Assembly (NCBI GenBank): GCA_025363775.1
Contig: JANYLG010000005.1
Location: 1-57,386 of the forward strand
Length of the DNA: 57,386 nucleotides
Source of the DNA: Acidobacteriota bacterium
Lineage (GTDB): Bacteria > Acidobacteriota > Vicinamibacteria > Vicinamibacterales > Fen-181
Reading direction: 5' to 3'
How positions within the stretch are numbered: position 1 is the stretch's first letter; the number at the start of each line of letters is the position of its first letter. Below are positions 50,700-57,386 of this stretch, in pieces. Below the pieces are notes generated by a model that did no database searches, had not been told where the DNA came from, and saw only the letters and a program-made list of their open reading frames with translations. Made by a program: the position numbers and the translations under genes.

Positions 50700-51925
50700 A
50701 ACGCGGTCATCCTCGTTTCCGGTCTTGTCGCGGGCCGCCGTGCCATCGACTCGGCGAAGAGCGCGTCGAGCCGCTCCGCCCGCCGGTCCCATGAGTACTC
50801 CCGCGCCGTCTCGAACGCTCGCCTCGCGATCGCATCGGCCAGTGCCAGGTCCTCGACGGCGACCCGAATGGCCGCGGCCAGCGCCGCGGGGTTGCCCGCC
50901 TCGAACAGCAGCGCGTTGTCGCGGTTGCGTAGCACTTCGCGAAACGCGGGCAGGTCCGAGGCCACGATGGGCCTCCCCATCGCCAGGTACTCGAACAACT
51001 TCAGCGGCGAGGCGTAGCGCGCCGACACCGTGGTCTCCGGGTTGGGCAGGACCAGCACGTCGGCACCCTCGAGCCTCGCGGGCACCTCGTGCGGGGGGAC
51101 CATCCCGGTGAACGTCACGCGCGGGCCGAGGCCGAGCCGAGTCGCATGGTCCTGCAACCTCGCCAGATCGCGCTCCTTCGGGTGACCGCCGACAATCACC
51201 GCCCGCACCCCGGGCATGGTGGCCAGCGCGTCGAGCAGCAGGTCCACGCCTTTCCACGGGTACAGGTGTCCCGAGTAGCCAATGACCGCTGGCGCTGCGC
51301 GCCGTCGCGGCGCCCACTCCCGGGCCAGGCCCACACGGGCGCCGTCCGGCACCACGGCCAGCGCGGGCCGCGTGCCAAACCGTTCCACGAGTTCGCCAGC
51401 CAGTCCGCAGGTGATCGTCGCGTACCCTTCGGCCCCGTGCCAGACAAACTGCTCGCGCCGCCACAGGCGCCGCTGCTTCAGCGACGACGACGCGGCCGCC
51501 TCCGTCAGCATCGTCGGCCTCGCCGCACTCACGGCGGGAGCGAACCCGTGCGACTCGTACACGAGCGCGGCCGAGGTCGGCCTCCGCGCCCGGAGGTACA
51601 GGCTGGCAAAGCCGAGATCGCGCGTCAGGACGAGATCGTCCCGGCTCGTCGCTCGCGCGCGTAGCAGCGCCCGCACGAGGTATCCCACGCGACGCACGGC
51701 CGGCGATCCCGCCACGGCCACTCGCTCGATCGACAGCCGGGGGTCGGCCGGCAGCCCGTAGTAGTCGAACGGATCGCGGGGCGGCGTCGTCGTGTCCGGC
51801 CTCACGATCAGCCTGACGTCGTGCCCTCGCCGCGCCAGCGCCGCGCAGGTTTCGATCGTCTGGATGCCGTTGGCGCGCTCCAGCGGGAACCGAACGTCGG
51901 CAAAGCAGAGGATGCGCGGCTTCAT
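50696..51925 (-). CDS. Glycosyltransferase family 4
   Basis: RANGIQT...C.ALA, YESH, WKGVD, SPLKLFEYLAMG. Confidence 0.9.
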   Translation of the reverse strand: MKPRILCFADVRFPLERANGIQTIETCAALARRGHDVRLIVRPDTTTPPRDPFDYYGLPADPRLSIERVAVAGSPAVRRVGYLVRALLRARATSRDDLVLTRDLGFASLYLRARRPTSAALVYESHGFAPAVSAARPTMLTEAAASSSLKQRRLWRREQFVWHGAEGYATITCGLAGELVERFGTRPALAVVPDGARVGLAREWAPRRRAAPAVIGYSGHLYPWKGVDLLLDALATMPGVRAVIVGGHPKERDLARLQDHATRLGLGPRVTFTGMVPPHEVPARLEGADVLVLPNPETTVSARYASPLKLFEYLAMGRPIVASDLPAFREVLRNRDNALLFEAGNPAALAAAIRVAVEDLALADAIARRAFETAREYSWDRRAERLDALFAESMARRPATRPETRMTAL

Positions 51926-53379
51926 TGCCCGCGTCCGCCCGGGGGCGCGTAGAAACTGGCTCGATCGAACACGTACCGCCAGGCCAGCTCGGGGACGCGC
52001 AACGGCACCTCGATGAAGGCCATCCGGGCATTCCGGCACAGTTCGAGTTGCTGCCGGTTCATCAAACCAGTGCCAAACTGTATCATCAGCGAGAGGTTCC
52101 ACCAGGCACACAGTACGACGGCCGCGGTAAGGCCGAGCCGTGCGGGTCGCGACGAGGCCGCGCGCGCCAGCGCCGCAAGCCCCGTCAGCAGTACCACCGT
52201 TGTGCCAACGAACCGTCGGTGGCCGAAAGCCCCGGCCGCGCTCCATGAAGCCACGCTGCCCGACACGTAGACCTGCAACGCGAACATCGCCAGGAACGCG
52301 AGCGCGAGTCGTTGCCGATCGCCCGACTGCCGCCGGAACACGACGACCAACCCGGCCAGCCCCAGCAGTGCGAGCGGCGTCCAGAAGAACAAGCCGTGCT
52401 CGGGAGAGAGGATCACCTGGAGCGCATGCGGCGCCCACCAGGACATCTTCCGGGAGACCATCTGCGACGGCCCGACGCGGCCGTTCAGCGCCAGGTAGGC
52501 AAAGGCCTGCGGCAGATAGGCGACGACGAACGCTGCCACGCCAAGGACCGCGTTGACGAGCAGGGATGCCGTCGGCCGCCGGGACGGGCCGGGCGGGCGG
52601 GACGCCTCCGATGCGCGGGCCGCGGGCCCTGCCGCGAGAGTCCAGAGGAAGTCGAGGCCTGGGCCGACGGCGAACAACGCATCTTGCTCGCGCACCATGG
52701 CCATCAAGGCCGCCAGCGCGCCCAGGGTGACGCAGCCGCGGGCGGACCAGTTCTCCCGCACCAGCAACCAGGCCAGCACGAACGCCGCGACCGCGAACGC
52801 AGAACAGGCGTGCGAAAATGGAGGCGACACGTACATGTAGAAGAGCAACGGCGTGCCCAGCCACATGGCCAGCACGACCGCCGCCTCTTCGCCCCGCGTC
52901 CGCCCCGCCTCGCCCAGCACGCGACGAGCCACGGCCGCCGACAGGATCAGCGCCAGAAAGCCGTAGATTGCCGATCCGTAGCACACGGCGGCCAGGTAGG
53001 GAGACGAGAACCCGTCCGCCTGCACCGGTCGCCCGGCCGCCCGCAGCGCCCGTGCAGTCAGGTCGCCGGCCGCGTAGAACGGCGACCAGAGAATGGCGCA
53101 ACCAATCGTTCCCCAGTTCTCCCGGAGCCCGGTGGGTGTCTGCCGCTCCAGGAACGTTTCGTGGAACCCCGAGGCCCGCGACAGGCCGCGCTCGTAAAAA
53201 TAGCGATACTCGTTGTCGAACGAGACGTCGTGGTCGAACCAGAGCGATCGGAGATACGAGAAGTACTCGGCCTCGTCCGACGCGTAGATGCGCGTCGTGA
53301 CGGCGGGCAGCGACACGAGGAACAGCAGGACGAGGGCGAGCCACGTTCGGCGATCGGTGCGGAGGAACTGGAATGGCAA
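51922..53379 (-). CDS. GT-C-fold polytopic membrane glycosyltransferase-like protein
   Basis: ASDE..YFSYLRS..FD.D after the first TM, SHACSAF, HGLFFWTP, W..G.FG.R.F; many TM helices. Confidence 0.7.
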   Translation of the reverse strand: MPFQFLRTDRRTWLALVLLFLVSLPAVTTRIYASDEAEYFSYLRSLWFDHDVSFDNEYRYFYERGLSRASGFHETFLERQTPTGLRENWGTIGCAILWSPFYAAGDLTARALRAAGRPVQADGFSSPYLAAVCYGSAIYGFLALILSAAVARRVLGEAGRTRGEEAAVVLAMWLGTPLLFYMYVSPPFSHACSAFAVAAFVLAWLLVRENWSARGCVTLGALAALMAMVREQDALFAVGPGLDFLWTLAAGPAARASEASRPPGPSRRPTASLLVNAVLGVAAFVVAYLPQAFAYLALNGRVGPSQMVSRKMSWWAPHALQVILSPEHGLFFWTPLALLGLAGLVVVFRRQSGDRQRLALAFLAMFALQVYVSGSVASWSAAGAFGHRRFVGTTVVLLTGLAALARAASSRPARLGLTAAVVLCAWWNLSLMIQFGTGLMNRQQLELCRNARMAFIEVPLRVPELAWRYVFDRASFYAPPGGRGQ

Positions 53380-53427
53380 GTCTGTTCCCGGGAGACGCCG
53401 GACGTCCGCTCCATCGCGGGGCGGCGG

Positions 53428-54126
53428 TCACGCGCCGTAGAAAGTGTAGCGGAAAATCTCCGCCGCGTTGAAGCCCGAATGACTCACGACGGTTGCCGCG
53501 ACGCTGCGCCGCCTGAGATAGACGAACCCCCAGAACGTGCCGAGCACCGCGGTGGTGACTGCGACATCACGTCCCTGAATCATGTGGCCGAGCCCAAAGG
53601 CCACGCTGGAGATGGCCAGGCCGATCCAGCCGCCGCCCAGGTGCTGATCGAAACGGTGCAGGATGAACGCCCTCTGCACCTCTTCGCGAAGGCCTCCGCC
53701 GACGACCGCCACAACACCGAACATCAGCGCGTCCGTGGGGGTCCGGATGAGTTCTTCGAAGGGGTTCTTCGGGAGATTCCTCAGCCACGGCAGGAAGTGC
53801 CCGATCGTGAGCATCACCACGACAACGACCAGGAACACGATGGGCACGTGGAGCACGCCTCGAAGTGCTTCCGCGACGACCGGGCGCGTGCCGAGCATGA
53901 CATCCGAAAAGCGCTCGTCGTGGACGTGCAGGAACCACGTGATCAGGCCGATCAACACCGCCGCGTCGATGAGCGACACCGCGAAGACGTAGCGTGCCGA
54001 CAGTTGACCGTGTGGGTCGAACGGCGCGATCCCGACCGCCGAAAGAAGGCCCGCAATGGCCAGTTGGGTCGGAAAACCCGAGCAGGTCAGGATTTCGATC
54101 AGTGCGATCAGGCGGCGTCGAGCCAC
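53428..54126 (-). CDS. CPBP (type II CAAX/Abi) intramembrane glutamic protease
   Basis: EExxR (REEVQR), FGLGH and HSGFN motifs; multiple TM helices. Confidence 0.9.
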   Translation of the reverse strand: MARRRLIALIEILTCSGFPTQLAIAGLLSAVGIAPFDPHGQLSARYVFAVSLIDAAVLIGLITWFLHVHDERFSDVMLGTRPVVAEALRGVLHVPIVFLVVVVVMLTIGHFLPWLRNLPKNPFEELIRTPTDALMFGVVAVVGGGLREEVQRAFILHRFDQHLGGGWIGLAISSVAFGLGHMIQGRDVAVTTAVLGTFWGFVYLRRRSVAATVVSHSGFNAAEIFRYTFYGA

Positions 54127-54548
54127 GCCCCGACTGTATCACGGCGGCCAGCCGGCCCGTCGCAGCTGCCTGCCTCCTGCCTCAGGACTTAGTGCTGAGC
54201 GAGTACAAGCGGCCACATGCGGCGAAATCCGATCGTGGCCGCAATGGCGAGTCGAAGTACTGAGGTCGGCCAGGCGCTGATGTGGACCTGGTGTCTCCCC
54301 GGTCGGCATGAGGATCAGTTTTCGCATAAGGTCATTCATCGACGACATCGAAGCAGAGTGTTCGGCGCAGCCAAGTGGCCGGAAAGAGGGCAGATTTCAT
54401 GCGATTGCGCCCAATTAGCGGCTTCGACGGCGATAGGGCCCATGGTCCGGGCGCCGGCAGACTGTCCCGCTGGACCGTGTAAGAATTACCTAGTACACTC
54501 GTGTTCGCGTCTTCCCGAAGACGAGCCGAACATTCGCGAGGGACTTTT

Positions 54549-55976
54549 GTGCTCCTTGCCTCTCACACGAATGACTCGCTCGACGTCACCGACGTCACCG
54601 ACGTCACCGACGCGCCGACTGTTGTCGAGCGCGTGCTCATCGTCGAGGACGATCCGGCGACCCGGATGGGGCTCACCGAGCTCGTCCGAACCTGGGGCTT
54701 CCTGGCCGACAGCGCCGAGGACGGCGAAGAGGCGCTTCGGAAGGTCACCGCCTTTCGTCCCGCGATTGTCGTCACGGACCTCGTGATGCCGCGCATGGAC
54801 GGCCACGCGTTGCTCAGGGCGTTGCACGAGCACGACGTGGACATCAGCGTCGTCATCCTCACGGCGCAAGGGTCGGTGGAATCGGCCGTCGAGGCGATCA
54901 AGGATGGTGCGTACGACTACCTGACCAAGCCCGTGGACCCGCAGCGGCTCCAGATCCTCCTGCAGAAGGTCGTGGAGCGGCAGGAGACGATGCGCGAGGT
55001 GAAGGCGCTGAGGCGCCAGCTGCGCGACAAGGGATCGTTCGGGCGGATGATCGGCAGCAGTCCCGGGATGCGGAAGGTGTACCGGATCATCGAGCAGGCG
55101 GCGCCGACATCCGCGTCCGTCCTGATCATTGGCGAGTCGGGCACCGGGAAGGAGCTGGTGGCCCAGACGATTCACCAGCTCAGTCCCCGGTCGGCCGCGC
55201 CCTTTGTGGCGATCAACTGCGCCGCGATCCCGGAGACGCTGCTCGAGAGCGAGATTTTCGGCCACGAGAAGGGTGCGTTCACCGGGGCCTCCGAACGGCG
55301 CCAGGGTTGCTTCGAGCTGGCGGATCGCGGGACGCTGTTCCTCGACGAGATTGCCGAGATGACGCCCGCGACCCAGGTGAAGCTGCTGCGCGTGCTGCAG
55401 GAGCAGACGTTTCGCAGGCTGGGCGGACGGCAGGAGCAGAAAGTGGACGTGCGTGTCATCGCGGCCACCAACCAGGACCCGACCGAAGCGGTGAAGAATG
55501 GGAAACTGCGCGAGGATCTCTACTACCGCCTGAACGTGTTCGCGATGACGCTCCCGACGCTCCGTGAGCGGAAGGAAGACCTGTCGCTGTTGATCCAGTC
55601 GTTCCTCGGCGAGTTCAACGCGCGCAACGGCAAGTCGATCGTCGCCCTCAACCACGAGGCGATGCGGATCCTCGAGTCTCACAACTGGCCGGGCAACGTG
55701 CGTGAGCTGCGAAACGTCATCGAGCGGGCGACGATTCTCGCCGACGGCCAGTTCATCGAGCCGCGTCACCTGCCGAACGTCCTGGTGCAGGTCGGAGAAA
55801 CGGCACAGCGGGCCCTGTCGCTCTCGCCGGGCACCACGGTCGAAGAAGCCGAGCGGCGGCTGATCCAGATGACGCTGGAGCATACGAGGGACAACAAGAC
55901 GCGCGCAGCAGATATCCTGGGCATCAGCCTGAAGACGCTGCACAACAAGTTGAACAAGCTGAAGTTGCGGAAGTAG
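54549..55976 (+). CDS. Sigma54-dependent (NtrC/AtoC-type) response regulator
   Basis: Receiver domain, GESGTGKE, GAFTGA, LREDLYYRL, WPGNVREL, HTH. GTG 54549 after GAGGGA (ORF is open from 54501). Confidence 0.94.
   Translation: MLLASHTNDSLDVTDVTDVTDAPTVVERVLIVEDDPATRMGLTELVRTWGFLADSAEDGEEALRKVTAFRPAIVVTDLVMPRMDGHALLRALHEHDVDISVVILTAQGSVESAVEAIKDGAYDYLTKPVDPQRLQILLQKVVERQETMREVKALRRQLRDKGSFGRMIGSSPGMRKVYRIIEQAAPTSASVLIIGESGTGKELVAQTIHQLSPRSAAPFVAINCAAIPETLLESEIFGHEKGAFTGASERRQGCFELADRGTLFLDEIAEMTPATQVKLLRVLQEQTFRRLGGRQEQKVDVRVIAATNQDPTEAVKNGKLREDLYYRLNVFAMTLPTLRERKEDLSLLIQSFLGEFNARNGKSIVALNHEAMRILESHNWPGNVRELRNVIERATILADGQFIEPRHLPNVLVQVGETAQRALSLSPGTTVEEAERRLIQMTLEHTRDNKTRAADILGISLKTLHNKLNKLKLRK
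54582..54612 (+). repeat. 9-bp tandem repeat GACGTCACC x3
   Basis: Encodes DVTDVTDVTD in the regulator N-terminal extension. Confidence 0.85.
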
Positions 55977-55983
55977 GGGCGAC

Positions 55984-57386
55984 GTGCACCTTGGCATCAA
56001 GGCCAAGCAGGTCGGCGGCGTGTCTCTCATCGTTGGCCTCGCCGTCGTGATGCTGAGCCTTCTTCACGTCACGTTCGTCGCGCGCGTGCTCCTCGAGGAG
56101 AGCCGTGCGCGCGGCGAGTTGCTGGCGAACACCATCTTCCAGCGCGCGAAGGACGTCGTGCCGGGACAGGCCGAGCCCTACGCGGCGCTCAGGGCCGACG
56201 GCGGGCTGCGGGCGATCCTCGAGTCGAGCGCGTTTGCCCGCAACGTCACCTACGCGGCCATCTGCAACGTGGATGGCGTGGCGGTGGCCGCGTGGGAGCC
56301 GATCCGAGAGGGGAATCGCCTGGCGCCCGCGGGCGAGCTCGACTCGCTGATCGCGATGCGCGGCCTTCAGCAGCTCCTCAGCATCTACTCGTCGGGCGGC
56401 GAGACGCTGGAAGTCCGACAGCCGCTGCTGCTGGGCGGCGCGAAGTTTGGGACGGTTCGGATCGGTGTCTCCACGCTGCTCGTCCGCGAGGAGTTCTCCA
56501 GGGAGTTGTGGCTGGTCGGCGCGACGGGCCTGGTCGCGCTGTTGATTGCCATCGTCGTGTCCGCGTCGTTCGCGCAGCTGATCCTCCGGCCCATCCACGT
56601 GATCCGCGGCGGGCTGACGCGCCTCGGCCGCGGCGAGTTCGGCGTGCGGCTGGACCTGCCGCAGCAGGATGAATTCGGGGAGCTGGGGAGCTTCTTCAAC
56701 GCCGCCAGCGCGAAGCTCTCCGCCGACCGCTCGCAGCTGGCCGACCAGAAGGCGAACCTGCAATCGGCGGTCGAGCACATGGAGGACGAAGTGGCGATCT
56801 TCAACCCGGCTGGCGAGCTGCTGTTCGCCAATCCGGCGATGCTCGACACGCTGCCGCCGGAGCCGCTCGGCCGGCCGGTGGACGACCTGCTGACCGACGG
56901 GCATCCCTACCGCGACCTGGTGCATGCGACGATCCGCGAGAAACAGTCGCGCGGGCCCGTGTCGTCCGCGATTCCGCGCGCGACGCCGGGCGGCGGCTCG
57001 GGTCCCGCGGAGGGCGTAGAACGCCTCGTCATGGCACACGCGATCAAAGACCGCGACCAGCAAATGCTGGGCGTGATGCTGGTCGCGCGCGACGTCCAGG
57101 CGCTCGGGCGCGTGCAGTCGATGCTGAACTACTCGCACAAGCTGGTGGCGCTCGGGCGGCTGTCCGCGGGCGTCGCGCACGAGGTGAAGAACCCGCTCAA
57201 TGCGATGACCATCCACCTCGAGCTGCTCAAGCAGAAGCTCCTGAGCGCGAGCGGCGCGGGGCGCCGTCGGCCCGTGGCCGACGATGGGGCCGTGGGCCTT
57301 GCAACCGCAGGCGCCCCGAGGGTGGCGGGGTCGCTGCCAGCCCCGGTCGAGCCTGAGGCGCCGCGCCCGGACCTCGGGCCGGCGCT
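55984..57386 (+). CDS. Membrane sensor histidine kinase (TM-periplasmic-TM-HAMP-PAS-HisKA), truncated by the window end
   Basis: Open frame from GTG 55984 (MHLGIKAKQV...), HAMP (RPI..I..G...DEFGELG..FN), H-box AHEVKNPL at about 57175. Absent from the ORF track because there is no stop in the window. Confidence 0.9.
   Translation, partial: MHLGIKAKQVGGVSLIVGLAVVMLSLLHVTFVARVLLEESRARGELLANTIFQRAKDVVPGQAEPYAALRADGGLRAILESSAFARNVTYAAICNVDGVAVAAWEPIREGNRLAPAGELDSLIAMRGLQQLLSIYSSGGETLEVRQPLLLGGAKFGTVRIGVSTLLVREEFSRELWLVGATGLVALLIAIVVSASFAQLILRPIHVIRGGLTRLGRGEFGVRLDLPQQDEFGELGSFFNAASAKLSADRSQLADQKANLQSAVEHMEDEVAIFNPAGELLFANPAMLDTLPPEPLGRPVDDLLTDGHPYRDLVHATIREKQSRGPVSSAIPRATPGGGSGPAEGVERLVMAHAIKDRDQQMLGVMLVARDVQALGRVQSMLNYSHKLVALGRLSAGVAHEVKNPLNAMTIHLELLKQKLLSASGAGRRRPVADDGAVGLATAGAPRVAGSLPAPVEPEAPRPDLGPA

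Noticed and set aside
47156..53431. Apparent large fused ORFs in the ORF track (e.g. 50696..53431, 49608..52031, 48406..50658)
   Set aside because: Their N-terminal parts are off-frame readings of the upstream genes; the true starts are at the ATGA/GTGA overlaps.
54139..54348. 69-aa minus-strand ORF upstream of the CPBP gene
   Set aside because: No SD, motif or clear codon bias; it overlaps the predicted CPBP promoter.

Overview
High-GC bacterial chromosomal window. It is most consistent with Acidobacteriota (Vicinamibacteria-like); this is an inference from protein style, such as the HslU N-terminal MPIYLP extension, not a database result. Contents in order: a comF-like fragment; rplU-rpmA-obgE-nadD-rsfS (minus strand); a TPR protein and lipoprotein; dprA-topA-trmFO-xerC; a sigma54 two-component pair; an ABC-F ATPase; an ECF sigma/anti-sigma pair; pcm; an APC permease; a Gly/Tyr-rich PEGA protein; hslV-hslU; an FN3 lipoprotein; an FAH hydrolase; an acyl-CoA carboxylase gene set split by gatE-gatD and an S9 peptidase; tamB, an Omp85 protein and a SurA-like protein; a CPBP protease/glycosyltransferase operon; and a second sigma54 two-component pair. 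No rRNA, tRNA, CRISPR array or transposase was recognised. Two observations stand out. (1) An intact, translationally coupled gatE-gatD pair encodes the Glu-tRNA(Gln) amidotransferase classically considered archaea-specific, here in bacterial context with a divergent GatE motif. (2) hslU has an in-frame TAG at codon 20, inside the conserved TPR[E/Q]IV motif, although TAG is the dominant true stop in this window. Also seen: GTAG-type REP palindromes that overlap stop codons, 7-bp tandem arrays (one in-frame inside xerC), two sigma54 promoters and several apparently leaderless genes.
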